From Patescibacteria group bacterium (lineage in GTDB: Bacteria > Patescibacteriota > Patescibacteriia > XYB2-FULL-38-15), in the NCBI GenBank assembly GCA_041650995.1, contig JBAZJZ010000002.1, positions 77,344 through 141,343 on the forward strand: a stretch of 64,000 nucleotides of DNA, written 5' to 3'. Made by a program: the position numbers and the translations under genes. The notes under the pieces are model-generated. The model saw nothing but the letters and a program-made list of their open reading frames with translations, searched no databases and was not told the origin of the DNA. How positions within the stretch are numbered: position 1 is the first letter of the stretch; the number at the start of each line of letters is the position of its first letter. Below are positions 26,559 through 37,632 of the stretch, one piece after another.

Positions 26559-27170
26559 ATGAAGTATAAACGTATTTGCATAGCAATATCTATCCTCGCA
26601 ATAAGCTTAGCGGGATTTTTTATTATAATTTACAAAAACAAAGAAGTTGAACTACCAAAAACAAACTTTGACACAGAAGCTCAACTTCAAAATACAAATA
26701 TTAAGTTTAAGTATCCGAAAGATGGATTCTATAATCTAGGAATTGATATAACTAATATAGCGACCAGTGAAAATTTAATAGCCGGGGTACACATCGAGTC
26801 CACCGCAGAATTTGATAGGAACGCCCAGAGCGCTTATATGGTGGCAGAGATTAAATTATTAAAGAATGATAAAAAATTTGAAGACATAGAAGAACTTGTC
26901 TCATTTTATAAAACAGATTCCGGTCTCTCGGAGTTTGAGAAAGAATATGCTAAAGAAAATGGACATGTTGTAGATATCAATGGTAACAAATATTTTATAT
27001 ATAAAGTTACGGAAGATGCTGCCGTATGGCACGCGTTAACTATTATAAGGGAAGGTATTATTGAAATTAGTTTAGCCTACACAAATAGTTTTACTCCTTA
27101 CTCTGAAGCGATATATAAAAATAATAACGGACTCTTTTTAGAAATATTGGAAAATATTAATTTTAGATAA
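26559..27170 (+). CDS. hypothetical membrane-anchored protein
   Basis: N-terminal TM helix; no recognisable domain. Confidence 0.5.
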   Translation: MKYKRICIAISILAISLAGFFIIIYKNKEVELPKTNFDTEAQLQNTNIKFKYPKDGFYNLGIDITNIATSENLIAGVHIESTAEFDRNAQSAYMVAEIKLLKNDKKFEDIEELVSFYKTDSGLSEFEKEYAKENGHVVDINGNKYFIYKVTEDAAVWHALTIIREGIIEISLAYTNSFTPYSEAIYKNNNGLFLEILENINFR

Positions 27171-27248
27171 TAAAAAAAGACCTCGGCCGCGCGTTTGGAT
27201 GACGCAGGGTCGAGGGTGTTGGGCTCCCAAGCTAGTGGACGGCGAAAG

Positions 27249-27689
27249 CTACCGGCTGGTACCGTCGGGATTCAGGGTGCGAACTTTCACTTCCGGCGGG
27301 GCGATGATCGTGATGACCTTCTTCTCGACAGGTCGTTCTTCGTCGCCGTTCTCGGGTTTCGGAAATTGGCCGTTGACAGAGAGGCGGACGAAGCGTTCGA
27401 GCTTCTGGTCTTTGCCGTGGTCGAGTCGGAAATGCAGGGCACTGATGAGGAACTTCTGTATGGCCCGGAGAGTCATCTTTCCTCGTCCGGCCAGGATACG
27501 ACCGAGCTGGTCGTCGGCATCGATGTTCAGCGTCAGCATCTGATCATCCTCAATTACATTGAGGCGATAGTCGTAGTCTACGCCCTCCTCGACTTCGTCT
27601 TGGTCCAAGAGATCGTAGACCTTCAGAATTTGACGAACGACGGTGATGGCCAGATCCTTGAGACTGGGGGCTTGTACGGGTTCGGTCAT
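27249..27689 (-). CDS. KH-domain RNA-binding protein (Jag/KhpB-like core), GC-rich
   Basis: AGGAGG RBS 8 nt upstream. MLTLNIDADDQLGRILAGRGKMTLRAIQKFL matches the Jag KH motif. Confidence 0.55.
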   Translation of the reverse strand: MTEPVQAPSLKDLAITVVRQILKVYDLLDQDEVEEGVDYDYRLNVIEDDQMLTLNIDADDQLGRILAGRGKMTLRAIQKFLISALHFRLDHGKDQKLERFVRLSVNGQFPKPENGDEERPVEKKVITIIAPPEVKVRTLNPDGTSR

Positions 27690-27798
27690 GAGCTTTTCCT
27701 CCTTGGCGCTTTTGCGTTAGCGTCGGTGGTTGGGAGCCAACTAATAAATTTAATATAGAACTTGCTTTTTGTCAAGATTTTCCGTTAAATAGAAGTAT

Positions 27799-28827
27799 AT
27801 GAAGATATTAGGAATAGAAACATCATGTGACGAGACAAGCGCGGCGGTCGTGGAAAGCGACGGCCGAAATTTTGAAGTTAAAAGTAATGTTGTTTCTTCG
27901 CAGATAAAAATTCACGCCAAATACGGCGGAGTGGTGCCAGAGGTGGCGGCGAGAATCCATGTGGAAGCGATTTTGCCGGTGGTGAAAGAGGCGTTGGGCC
28001 CGGATGGGGCGGGAAAAATTGACGCGATTGCCGTGGCGGCTGGTCCGGGATTGATTACGTCGCTTTTGGTGGGAAATGAAACAGCAAAAATTTTATCCTG
28101 GTTTTGGGAAAAACCGCTTGTGGCTCTAAATCACGTGGAAGCACATATTTACGCGAACTGGCTTACCAATAAAAAAATAAAATTTCCGGCGTTATGTCTT
28201 GTGGTGAGTGGGGGACACACAGAATTGATTTTGATGCGTGGACACGGAAAATACGTTATGATTGGTGAGACGCGTGATGACGCGGCAGGAGAATGTTTTG
28301 ATAAGACGGCAAAAATTTTGGGGTTGGGGTATCCGGGTGGACCGGCGATTGCCGCAGAGGCGAAAAAGTTAAAAGTTAAAAGTGAAAAGTTAAAAGTGAA
28401 ATTTCCCAGGCCGATGATAGACACAAAAGATTTTGATTTTTCTTTTTCCGGCTTGAAAACGGCCGTGCTTTATGCTGCGCGAGATTTTAAAAATAAAGAT
28501 GAGCTGGAGGGAATTGTTCCGGCGATGGCGCATGAAGTTCAGGAAGCGATTGTTGATGTACTTGTGGCAAAACTAATTCGGGCGGCAAAAAAATATGAAG
28601 TAAAAACAGTAATGCTCGCTGGGGGCGTTTCGGCGAATAAGAGATTGCGTGAGCGATTTGTGTCCGAGATAGAAAAAGAAATGCCGAGCGTAGATTGGAA
28701 TATTCCAGACTTTGAATATTGTACTGACAACGCGGCTATGGTCGCGGCAGCCGGGTATTTTCATGCCGCGAAAAAAGATTTTACGCCGTGGCAGAAATTA
28801 AAAGTTGATCCAAATTGGGAATTATGA
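27799..28827 (+). CDS. tsaD: tRNA N6-adenosine threonylcarbamoyltransferase TsaD
   Basis: MKILGIETSCDETSAAVV... with the HVEAH metal motif. It contains an in-frame heptamer tandem repeat (KVKSEKLKVK) at 28365-28400. Confidence 0.9.
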   Translation: MKILGIETSCDETSAAVVESDGRNFEVKSNVVSSQIKIHAKYGGVVPEVAARIHVEAILPVVKEALGPDGAGKIDAIAVAAGPGLITSLLVGNETAKILSWFWEKPLVALNHVEAHIYANWLTNKKIKFPALCLVVSGGHTELILMRGHGKYVMIGETRDDAAGECFDKTAKILGLGYPGGPAIAAEAKKLKVKSEKLKVKFPRPMIDTKDFDFSFSGLKTAVLYAARDFKNKDELEGIVPAMAHEVQEAIVDVLVAKLIRAAKKYEVKTVMLAGGVSANKRLRERFVSEIEKEMPSVDWNIPDFEYCTDNAAMVAAAGYFHAAKKDFTPWQKLKVDPNWEL

Positions 28828-29273
28828 AAAAAGTTTTTAAAAATGAAAAAGAAACCTTGGCCTTCGCGGAACGGTTTGCCCAAAAATTGCGCGGAGGAGA
28901 AGTGGTTGCGTTAATTGGTGAGCTTGGCGCAGGGAAAACTGTTTTTGCGAAAGGCATGGCGAGTGGGCTCGGAATAAAAGAGCGAGTGCAGAGTCCGACG
29001 TTTTTGTTGATGAAGATTTATAATGTTCGCCCTTCGACAGGCTTAGGGCATAAAATTAAACACTTGTGTCATGTGGACGCGTATCGGTTGAGTGACGCCG
29101 TTGAATTAGTGGACATTGGAATTTTAGATTGGCTCGGCCGGGCGGATACCGTGGCCGTGATTGAGTGGGCGGACAAAGTTGCGGCGTTGATCCGTGGGAG
29201 AAAAGTGATAAAAATAAAAATGAAGTTGGGAGGGGGGGAGGAGAAGAGAAAAGTTGAAGTAATTAGTAATTAG
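28815..29273 (+). CDS. tsaE: tRNA threonylcarbamoyladenosine biosynthesis protein TsaE (P-loop ATPase)
   Basis: GELGAGKTVFAKG Walker A; overlaps the tsaD end. Confidence 0.85.
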   Translation: MGIMKKVFKNEKETLAFAERFAQKLRGGEVVALIGELGAGKTVFAKGMASGLGIKERVQSPTFLLMKIYNVRPSTGLGHKIKHLCHVDAYRLSDAVELVDIGILDWLGRADTVAVIEWADKVAALIRGRKVIKIKMKLGGGEEKRKVEVISN

Positions 29274-29423
29274 TGATTAGTGATTGAGAACCTCTCGCGG
29301 GTTTTTTATTTTAAAAAATTATCGTTGGGGCGAAGTCCTGAATTTCTCGGCACACTTTGCTTGCTCGAAGAATATAAAAAGAACAGCCATCTTGGCTGTC
29401 TTTGTTGTTTTATGACGTTTTAT

Positions 29424-31151
29424 TTACTCCGCTGCTTCGAAAATTTCGGAAACGGAGGTGACTCCGGCTAGGGCTTTTAATAAACCATCTTGAACCATGG
29501 TCACCATGCCGGCTTTGGTCGCGATATCTTGCATTTGGTATTCGGAAATTTCTCCGGATAAAATTATTTTTTCAATTTCCGCGCTCATAATCATAATTTC
29601 GTAAATTCCGATGCGGCCTTTGTAGCCGAGGTTATTGCATTCCGGACAGCCGACGCCGCGCGAGAATTTTAAATTTTCCAAATCAACTTTATATTTTTCC
29701 TTAACTTCCGTTGGCAGGGCTTCAAGAATTTTTTTTACGCGCCCCAAAGTTTCCGCGTCTAATTTATCTTCCACTTTGCAATTTTCGCAAATCTTTCTAA
29801 CCAAGCGCTGGCCAATCACGGCGTTTAGAGCCGGGGCAAGCAAAAATGGTTTAACGCCCATGGACATAAATCTTGGAATCGCCCCTGAGGCGCTATTTGT
29901 ATGAATGGTGGAAATTACCAAGTGCCCGGTGAGCGCCGCCTGAATAGCAATGTCCGCAGTTTCAATATCACGGATTTCACCGACCATGACTACGTCCGGG
30001 TCTTGGCGCAAAATTGATTTTAAACCTTTGGCAAAAGTATAGTCGCGGGAATAATCAACTTGGCTTTGATTAATGCCGGCCAATTTATATTCTACTGGAT
30101 CTTCCAAGGTAATAATTTTTACGCCCGGCTCGTTTAGTTTATTTAAAATAGCGTAAAGAGTAGTGGTTTTACCAGAGCCAGTCGGACCGGTTGTGATAAT
30201 CATGCCATTCGGCCGTTCGGTCTGGGCTTTAAGTTGTGAAAAGGCCGGTTCCCAAAGGCCAAGGCCGTCAAAACCAAGTCCGGCAGCGGAGGGCATTAGC
30301 AAGCGCATGACAACTGATTCGCCGTAGGATGTCGGGAGGCAGGAAACGCGGACATCAATTTTTCCGTCTTTAACAAAAATCGTGAAGCGGCCGTCTTGGG
30401 GAATGTCCGTGACATTAATCTTTAATCCGGAAAGAAGTTTGATGCGAGAAATGACTTTTGACCACTGCTCTTTGGGCAGGGCGGCGGCATCTGCCAAAAC
30501 GCCGTCAACGCGAAAACGAATTTTTATATCTTTTTCTTCAGCTTCAATATGGATATCAGAAGAACGAGCCGTGATTGAAGCGGCAATGACCATGGTGACA
30601 ATGTCTGTTATATTGGCTTTCTGGATTTTTTCGTGAAGGTCTTTGAAATTTTTTATTTCCGCGGAAAATTTTTGTAAATCCGCTTCGGAAATTTCCACTC
30701 CGCTCACAATTTTTTTAATTGTGGGCAAAGCCGTGTAAAGTTTAAAAGCTAAATTAAAACTATGTTTCGAAATCAGATAGATTTCGCCGTGACTATGGAA
30801 TTTATCTTCAAGCGAAAGTAAAATTTCTTTAATTTGTTCTTGGTTCGGATCAACTGCGCCGATTCGGATTTCCGTGCCCGTATTTAAAAAACAAATAATT
30901 TTTAGTTTTTCCGCTATTTCCTTAGGGACAGAAGTAAGGGTTTCCGGACTAATAGGAAAACCCTTCAAATTGATGTAGGGAAAATTTAATTCAGCCGCCT
31001 TGGCTTGGGCGATTTTTTCTTTTTCTTTCAGAGCGATTTCGGTCATTTTCTCTTCAAATTTTTCCTGTGTTTCTTCCGAAGCAGCCTGGGGCGCGGGGGA
31101 ACCGGCGCCAGAGTATTGCTTTAGAAGGTCATCAATTGATGGGTTTGCCAT
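29424..31151 (-). CDS. type IV pilus / type II secretion assembly ATPase (PilB/GspE family)
   Basis: N-terminal GSPII_E_N repeats followed by the GPTGSGKTTTLYA Walker A, Asp box and His box. Confidence 0.9.
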   Translation of the reverse strand: MANPSIDDLLKQYSGAGSPAPQAASEETQEKFEEKMTEIALKEKEKIAQAKAAELNFPYINLKGFPISPETLTSVPKEIAEKLKIICFLNTGTEIRIGAVDPNQEQIKEILLSLEDKFHSHGEIYLISKHSFNLAFKLYTALPTIKKIVSGVEISEADLQKFSAEIKNFKDLHEKIQKANITDIVTMVIAASITARSSDIHIEAEEKDIKIRFRVDGVLADAAALPKEQWSKVISRIKLLSGLKINVTDIPQDGRFTIFVKDGKIDVRVSCLPTSYGESVVMRLLMPSAAGLGFDGLGLWEPAFSQLKAQTERPNGMIITTGPTGSGKTTTLYAILNKLNEPGVKIITLEDPVEYKLAGINQSQVDYSRDYTFAKGLKSILRQDPDVVMVGEIRDIETADIAIQAALTGHLVISTIHTNSASGAIPRFMSMGVKPFLLAPALNAVIGQRLVRKICENCKVEDKLDAETLGRVKKILEALPTEVKEKYKVDLENLKFSRGVGCPECNNLGYKGRIGIYEIMIMSAEIEKIILSGEISEYQMQDIATKAGMVTMVQDGLLKALAGVTSVSEIFEAAE

Positions 31152-31166
31152 GGTAAAATTATATTT

Positions 31167-32171
31167 TTATTTTCTGATGCCTACAAATCTTAGTAATTTG
31201 CTCCAGATTTTTTTCTTGTTTATTTCCATAAAAAGCAATGTCCAGGATGAAAACTGGAAAGTAGAAAGAATGGCTCCGGCAAAGAACAAGGCGACGAACC
31301 AACCCAAGGTGGCAAGAAAACCAATCAACCAAAAGCCGATTGAGAGTTCCAAATAAGAAAAAGCAAAAAGCAACAGAGCGACAGGAATCATGTATAGGAG
31401 AGTGAAGAGTATTAAACCGATTCCCGCGGCGATCGTGATTAAGAAAAGTAAAATAGCCATTTCAATGGAGATTAGCCAGTTCCTTACAAACATTTTCCAA
31501 CTTAATCTGATTGATTCAACAAACGGTTTATTTTCCATAATTACAAAGCAGGTCGCGTAAACAGCCATAAAAGAGATGAAGAGCGCCAGAGAGGTGAAAA
31601 CAACAAAAGCTAAAATATAAAGAAATAAGTTTAATCCAACATTTCCGCCCTGGCCGGTAAGGAATAACATGGCAGGAATAGTGATCAGAACAAGCAGGCC
31701 AAAGGTGATGGCCTTGGAGAGAAGGTTAAGACCAAGAACGGGCCAGAAATATTTTTTTCCTTCTGCCCAACCTTCGCGTAAACCGGTTTTTTTGCGGCTC
31801 GCGATTTTTCTCACCGAAGAGATGAGCGCGCCGCGCGAAGTTACGATAACCCAGATTAAAAACGCCAAAGCAGCCAAGATTACAAAGAAGAGAACCCAGA
31901 GCAAACTCACGAAAAGAGGCGAACGGACATAAATGTCTTCAAGGCGGGGGAAGGATAAAAATTCGGTGAGCCAAAGCCATTTTGACGTCATGAGAGTTGC
32001 TTCGCCTTCTGAGACAATACGCCCGAAACCCTTGATTAAAATTTCGTAAATTCCACCGTTCCCGGCTAATGCCGCAAAAAGTCCGAAAATCCACAGGAAC
32101 CGATTTTGTTTTGTAATTTCCCAGGCCTTTTTGAAGATAGGCCGGTAAACTTGCGTTGGTTTTTTAAACAT
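31167..32171 (-). CDS. hypothetical polytopic membrane protein
   Basis: ~8 TM helices; no recognised motif. Confidence 0.6.
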   Translation of the reverse strand: MFKKPTQVYRPIFKKAWEITKQNRFLWIFGLFAALAGNGGIYEILIKGFGRIVSEGEATLMTSKWLWLTEFLSFPRLEDIYVRSPLFVSLLWVLFFVILAALAFLIWVIVTSRGALISSVRKIASRKKTGLREGWAEGKKYFWPVLGLNLLSKAITFGLLVLITIPAMLFLTGQGGNVGLNLFLYILAFVVFTSLALFISFMAVYATCFVIMENKPFVESIRLSWKMFVRNWLISIEMAILLFLITIAAGIGLILFTLLYMIPVALLLFAFSYLELSIGFWLIGFLATLGWFVALFFAGAILSTFQFSSWTLLFMEINKKKIWSKLLRFVGIRK

Positions 32172-32204
32172 ATTTCCCCCTTGAACACAATTGTCTTGTG
32201 TTCG

Positions 32205-34016
32205 TTATTTAAATATTGCTTCAAACGCTTCTTTTTCAATAGTTTCCTTTTCAAGCAAAATTTTCACAATTTCTTCAAGTTTATTTTTCTTTTTTCTGAT
32301 TATTTCCAGAGCTGTTTTTGCGGCTTCGGAAATTAAATGGTTGATTTCTTGATCAATCGTTTCGGCAACCTTTTCACTATAATCGCGCTGTTCGTGGATT
32401 TCCCGACCAAGGAAAATCATTTCTTCCTTTTCACCAAAAGTTCTGGCTCCAAGTTTTTCACTCATGCCAAATTCGGTAATGAGACGGCGGGCGAGCCGCG
32501 TAGCTTGGCGCAAGTCGGACGAAGCACCGGTCGTGACTTCACCAAAAATTTCTTTTTCCACGGTGTGGCCAGCGAGCATTACGGCAAGGTCATCAATAAA
32601 CTCAGAGCGGCTGTGCAAGTGTTTATCTTCTGTCGGAAGTTTTAAAGTATAGCCAGCGGCGCGGCCGCGAGAAATGATAGACACTTTATGGACCGGATCG
32701 GCATGTGGTAATTCGTGGGCCACGAGGGCGTGGCCTGCTTCATGGTAGGCAGTAATATTTCTTTCTTTATCTGATAAAAGATGGCTTTTTCTTTCTGGTC
32801 CAAGCATAACTTTTTCTACGCTTTCTCTGATTTCATCCATGCCAATTTGAGTTTTGTTCCGTCGGGCGGAAAGAATCGCTGCTTCGTTTAAGAGGTTTGC
32901 GAGGTCGGCGCCGGAAAAACCAGGCGTCCGCTCGGCAATTTTTCTTAAATTAACATCCGTGGCGATGGGTTTTCCTTTAGTATGAATTTTCAAAATTGCT
33001 TCACGGTCGTTGATATCTGGTTCATCTAAAATTACCCGTCGGTCAAATCTGCCAGGGCGCAAAAGCGCTGGATCCAAAACATCGGGACGATTTGTGGCGG
33101 CTAAAATAATGACTCCGGAGTTTGCTTCAAAGCCGTCCATCTCTACCAGTATTTGGTTTAGAGTTTGTTCGCGTTCGTCGTGGCTTCCGCCCAATCCCGT
33201 GCCGCGTTGTCGGCCGACGGCGTCGAGTTCGTCAATAAAAATTATGCATGGCGCGCTTTTTTTCGCTTTTTGGAAAAGATCGCGAACTCTCGCCGCGCCC
33301 ACGCCGACAAACATTTCCACAAATTCAGAACCGGAGATGCTAAAAAACGGAACATTGGCTTCTCCAGCCACGGCCTTGGCGAGTAAAGTTTTTCCCGTGC
33401 CTGGCGAACCCATCAATAAAACTCCTTTGGGAATTTTCGCTCCAAGCTGCATGAATTTTTTTGAATTTTTTAAAAATTCAACTACTTCCCAAAGTTCTTC
33501 CTTGGCTTCTTTGACACCAGCCACATCTTTAAAAGTCACGCGATTTTTGGAATTTTTTGGAGCTTCTCTCGCGCCGGATTGGCCAAAGCTCATGGCTTTG
33601 GTGTTCGCCCCCTGAACTTGGCGCATCATATAATAAATTAAAGCTATGACGACAATCAGTGGGAGGAGAAAGGGGAGAAGGGCGTTCAGCCAATAACTCC
33701 AGCCCGATTCTTCTTTAACTTCAATGCTGATACTTTTTATTTTTTCCGGATCAGCGTTGTAATTTTTAAAAACTTCGCCCAAGGTTTCATTTGTTTCTTT
33801 GCGCAGAGTTTCAAGATTACCGCTGGTTAGGGTAATGTTTAATTTGTCTCCTTCGATAGAAATTTTTTGGATATCGCCGGCGTTAATTTGTTCCACAAAT
33901 TTTTGCAGGTCAATATTTTCCACTTTTTTCGCGGACAAAGTCAGAGTGCTAAAAATTCCCGTGATGACAAGGAATACAATGACGGCGATGATAAAATTTT
34001 TGGCAAGGTTTTTCAT
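32205..34016 (-). CDS. ftsH: ATP-dependent zinc metalloprotease FtsH
   Basis: AAA+ core ([20 protein letters not shown]) plus the HEAGHAL zinc motif. Start chosen at MKNLAKNF (34016). Confidence 0.95.
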   Translation of the reverse strand: MKNLAKNFIIAVIVFLVITGIFSTLTLSAKKVENIDLQKFVEQINAGDIQKISIEGDKLNITLTSGNLETLRKETNETLGEVFKNYNADPEKIKSISIEVKEESGWSYWLNALLPFLLPLIVVIALIYYMMRQVQGANTKAMSFGQSGAREAPKNSKNRVTFKDVAGVKEAKEELWEVVEFLKNSKKFMQLGAKIPKGVLLMGSPGTGKTLLAKAVAGEANVPFFSISGSEFVEMFVGVGAARVRDLFQKAKKSAPCIIFIDELDAVGRQRGTGLGGSHDEREQTLNQILVEMDGFEANSGVIILAATNRPDVLDPALLRPGRFDRRVILDEPDINDREAILKIHTKGKPIATDVNLRKIAERTPGFSGADLANLLNEAAILSARRNKTQIGMDEIRESVEKVMLGPERKSHLLSDKERNITAYHEAGHALVAHELPHADPVHKVSIISRGRAAGYTLKLPTEDKHLHSRSEFIDDLAVMLAGHTVEKEIFGEVTTGASSDLRQATRLARRLITEFGMSEKLGARTFGEKEEMIFLGREIHEQRDYSEKVAETIDQEINHLISEAAKTALEIIRKKKNKLEEIVKILLEKETIEKEAFEAIFK

Positions 34017-34118
34017 ATATTTATTTATAATGATTATAACATAAGAATTGATAATTAACAATTGATCTAAGAGTCGCCTTGACATAAGGGTATTTTTGAG
34101 TTACTCTTATTAGAGAAT

Positions 34119-34685
34119 ATGGAAAATAATTCTGACGAAAAATTAATAAGACAATATTTAAAAGGTGATAAAGAGTCGCTCGAAATTTTGGTTAAAAAAT
34201 ATTTAAAACCAGTTTATAGTTTTGTTCGTTATTTGGTGGGCGATGATATTAGCGCCGAAGATATTACTCAGGAAGTTTTTGTTAGGGCATGGAAAAATTT
34301 AAAAAAATTTGATATAAAAAAGAATTTTAAAACCTGGATTTTTAGCATTGCAAAAAACGCTGCAGTGGATTATTTAAGGAAGAAAAAAGCCGTGCCGTTT
34401 TCGGCGTTTGATAATGATGACGGCGGAAACATGATTGCCGAGACACTTACTGATCCAGCACCGCTTCCTAGCGAGACAACTGAGCAGGCCGATACGGCTC
34501 ATCTGCTCCGAGCCGCAATGAAAAATTTGTCGGAAAATCATCAGACAGTTCTTTATTTAAAATATTATAGTTGTCTGACTTTCAAAAAAATTTCTGAATT
34601 AACCGGCGTTCCGCTTCATACCGCCAAAAGCCGTCATCGCCGGGCGCTGGCCGCTCTTCGCGACGCTCTTACCGAAATTTTGTAA
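34119..34685 (+). CDS. ECF-subfamily RNA polymerase sigma factor (sigma-70 family)
   Basis: Region-2 DITQEVFVRAWKNLKKFD and a region-4 HTH. Confidence 0.85.
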   Translation: MENNSDEKLIRQYLKGDKESLEILVKKYLKPVYSFVRYLVGDDISAEDITQEVFVRAWKNLKKFDIKKNFKTWIFSIAKNAAVDYLRKKKAVPFSAFDNDDGGNMIAETLTDPAPLPSETTEQADTAHLLRAAMKNLSENHQTVLYLKYYSCLTFKKISELTGVPLHTAKSRHRRALAALRDALTEIL

Positions 34686-34756
34686 AAATATTATTTTAAT
34701 AGGAAGGGATGCACCAAAATGCATCCTTTTTTCGTATAACAATAATAGGGATAAAT

Positions 34757-35173
34757 ATGGATAAAAATTTAGGAAAAATTTCAGAAAAATTTAATTTGGT
34801 CGAACCGCCGGCCGGGCTTTTTGATAGAATAATGTGTCGGATAGAAAAGGAAAATAAACTTTTGAATCTTCGGAGAAGAATTATAATTTTTTCTATCAGC
34901 CTTATCGGATCGGCCATTGCTTTTATTCCGGTTTTTGCTTATGTGCGATCGGGTTTTATTGAATCGGGATTTTTTGCATTTTTTTCTCTGATTTTTTCCG
35001 ATACGAAAATCGTTTTGGTATATTGGCAAAATTTTGCCCAGTCTCTGCTCGAAACGCTTCCTGTGATGGGACTTGTTTCATTTTTGGCGGTTGTAGCGGT
35101 ATTTTTGGAATCGTTAAAGATACTGGTTCGCGATTTAAAAATTTTTTATAATTCAAAATTAAGAAAGGCTTAA
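34757..35173 (+). CDS. putative membrane anti-sigma factor
   Basis: It lies immediately downstream of the ECF sigma gene. It has a short cytoplasmic N-terminus followed by TM helices. Confidence 0.45.
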   Translation: MDKNLGKISEKFNLVEPPAGLFDRIMCRIEKENKLLNLRRRIIIFSISLIGSAIAFIPVFAYVRSGFIESGFFAFFSLIFSDTKIVLVYWQNFAQSLLETLPVMGLVSFLAVVAVFLESLKILVRDLKIFYNSKLRKA

Positions 35174-35177
35174 AAAT

Positions 35178-35663
35178 ATGGATATCAATAAAATTTTTCA
35201 GTCAAAAATTTTTCAGGGAATAATTCTAGGTCTAGCGGCGCTTGTTGTATTGCTTTTTGTGTTTAAAGTGGGTATGGCCGTAGGAATTAAAAAGGCAGAT
35301 TTTTCTTGCCGATGGAGTGACAATTATCATCAAAATTTTGGCGGACCGCGGGGAGGTTTTTGGGGAGGGTTTAACGATAAAGATTTTTTAGAATCCAACG
35401 GAACGGTCGGACAAATAATTAAAATTGAAGGAGAAACATTGGTCGTCCGGGGGCGAGGAGATGTAGAAAAAATTATTGTCACAAATAATGATACGATTAT
35501 CAAGCGTTTGCAGGACACAATTAAAGTTTCAGACTTAAAACTTGACGAGAATATTATTACGATTGGCGAATCAAACGAAACTGGTCAAATAGAAGCTAAG
35601 TTAATTAGAGTAATGCCTTCACCACCAATGCCTCTTCCGGGGTTGGCTCCGAGAAAATTTTAA
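35178..35663 (+). CDS. DUF5666-like secreted/TM protein
   Basis: GTVGQIIKIEGETLVV...VSDLKLDENIITIGESNETGQIEAKLIRV is paralogous in pattern to 39585-40046. Confidence 0.45.
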   Translation: MDINKIFQSKIFQGIILGLAALVVLLFVFKVGMAVGIKKADFSCRWSDNYHQNFGGPRGGFWGGFNDKDFLESNGTVGQIIKIEGETLVVRGRGDVEKIIVTNNDTIIKRLQDTIKVSDLKLDENIITIGESNETGQIEAKLIRVMPSPPMPLPGLAPRKF

Positions 35664-35672
35664 ATAAAAAAT

Positions 35673-37613
35673 ATGATTAAAAAAATTTCCGAGCATGTTT
35701 TAAAAAGAAAAGGCGTTTATAGTTTAGTCGCCATTGTTTTGGCAACTGGCGGATATTTCGGAGCCCAGACCCTGAAGGATGATACGGCAGAAACCAAATA
35801 TGTTTTGGCCGCTGCGGAAAAAGGAACCCTTATTTCCTCTGTTTCTGGCACGGGGCAGATTTCCGCGTCTAATCAAGTTGATATCAAACCAAAAACTTCG
35901 GGGGAGGTTATTTCTGTGTCAATAAAAAAGGGCCAAGAAGTAAAATCTGGAGAAATCATTGTTAAGCTTAACGCTCAAGATGCTTATCGAGATATCCGCG
36001 ATGCTCAGGACAGCTTGGAAAGCGCGGAGCTTTCCCTTGAAAGATTAAAAGAACCGGAAAGCGATTACTCTATTTTACAGGCTGAAAATGCGCTTGCTTC
36101 AGCAAAAAATAATTTGGAGAAATTAAAATTATCGCAAGAAGCGGAATATAAAAAAGCTGAAGAAGAGAAAGCTGACGCAGAAAAAAATATTGATGAAGGT
36201 TACGAAGATGCTCTTGATATAATTTCAGACGTTTTTTTGGATTTACCAAACGTAATCGCTGGCCTTAATGCCGCGCTTTATGGTTATGAAATTAGTGACC
36301 ACCAGGCGACAGTGGGGGGCAGGCAAGACAACACCAGCGCGCTTTTTTCCACGACAAACGTAGACGCGAGAGATAGTCTTTGGGTTTTTAAAAATAAGGC
36401 CGAGAGTAATTATAAAAAAGCTCGCGAAAAATACGAGGAAAGTTATGAAATTTATAAAAATATTGACCAAGACTCAGAACGGGAAGCGATAGAAGAATTG
36501 TTCCGTAAAACTTTGGATACTACCAAGGCCGTTGCCGAAGCGATAAAAAGTGAAATTAGCTATCTCGCGAGTTGGGTTGATTTTAGGACAGAAATGAAGT
36601 GGGAAATATTTCCAGAAGTGGAGTCTTACCAAAAAAATATTTCCGGCTACCTTAGTCAAACTAACGGAAACACCTCTAGTTTAACTTCAATTCAAAGAAC
36701 GATTGATAATAATTTTGAAGCAGTGGAAGACGCGATCCGTGAAATTGAGGAAATGGGGAAAACTAATCCCTTGGATATTGCCGCGGCAGAAGCGACTATT
36801 AAAGAAAGAGAGGCATCCCTAAAAAATTTAAAGACCGGACCAGATGCATTAGATTTGCGCTCAGCAGAACTCTCGGTGCGGCAACGCAGAGAAGCGCTCG
36901 CTGAAGCTCGCGCTCAATTAGCTGATTACGTAGTAAAGGCTCCGTTTAGTGGTGTTGTTGCTGAGGTCAATGTTGAAATCGGCGATTCGGTTTCTTCAGG
37001 AACCGCAATCGCGACGCTTATTACCAAACAGCGTATAGCGGAAATTTCCCTAAACGAAGTGGATGCCGCGAAAGTTAAGATTGGCCAGAAAGTGACCTTA
37101 ACTTTTGATGCCGTAAGCGATTTAACTTTAACCGGTGAAGTTGCGGAAATGGACGCGCTCGGAACCGTTACGCAGGGAGTTGTTAGTTACAATATAAAAA
37201 TTATTTTTGACACGCAAGATGAAAGAGTAAAACCGGGAATGAGCGTTTCCGCTTCAATTGTCACTGATCTTCGACAAGACGCCATATTAGTTCCAAATGC
37301 AGCTGTTAAGTCTTCGGGGGGAATATCTTATGTGGAAATGCCAGATGAAATTATCGTAGATGAAATTTACAGCAGCGTTGGCGGCATTATTCTTAAAAAT
37401 TCTCCACGTCGACAAGTAGTTGAAGTTGGTCTAGCTAACGACGCATACACAGAAATTATAAGTGGACTTAGCGCAGGAGACCAAATTATTTTGAGAACGG
37501 TCACCTCGTCAACATCAAGTACGTCGTCTGGTTCGTCCGGAACTCAAATTAAAACAGGAGGCAGCACCTTTCTTGATATGGGAGGAGGGGCGCCGGCGAT
37601 GGGAGGAAGGTAA
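35673..37613 (+). CDS. efflux membrane-fusion protein (HlyD/MacA family) with an extended coiled coil
   Basis: Signal anchor, biotinyl-lipoyl-like halves (SGEVISVSIKKGQEVKSGEIIV ... KAPFSGVVAEVNVEIGDSV), a long coiled coil and a beta-barrel domain. Confidence 0.8.
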   Translation: MIKKISEHVLKRKGVYSLVAIVLATGGYFGAQTLKDDTAETKYVLAAAEKGTLISSVSGTGQISASNQVDIKPKTSGEVISVSIKKGQEVKSGEIIVKLNAQDAYRDIRDAQDSLESAELSLERLKEPESDYSILQAENALASAKNNLEKLKLSQEAEYKKAEEEKADAEKNIDEGYEDALDIISDVFLDLPNVIAGLNAALYGYEISDHQATVGGRQDNTSALFSTTNVDARDSLWVFKNKAESNYKKAREKYEESYEIYKNIDQDSEREAIEELFRKTLDTTKAVAEAIKSEISYLASWVDFRTEMKWEIFPEVESYQKNISGYLSQTNGNTSSLTSIQRTIDNNFEAVEDAIREIEEMGKTNPLDIAAAEATIKEREASLKNLKTGPDALDLRSAELSVRQRREALAEARAQLADYVVKAPFSGVVAEVNVEIGDSVSSGTAIATLITKQRIAEISLNEVDAAKVKIGQKVTLTFDAVSDLTLTGEVAEMDALGTVTQGVVSYNIKIIFDTQDERVKPGMSVSASIVTDLRQDAILVPNAAVKSSGGISYVEMPDEIIVDEIYSSVGGIILKNSPRRQVVEVGLANDAYTEIISGLSAGDQIILRTVTSSTSSTSSGSSGTQIKTGGSTFLDMGGGAPAMGGR

Positions 37614-37632
37614 TCGGGTACTGACACGCGTT

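Noticed and set aside
27195-27758. 187-aa plus-strand ORF overlapping the KH-domain gene
   Set aside because: It is antisense to an ORF with a strong RBS and a KH motif, and is a GC-rich artefact.
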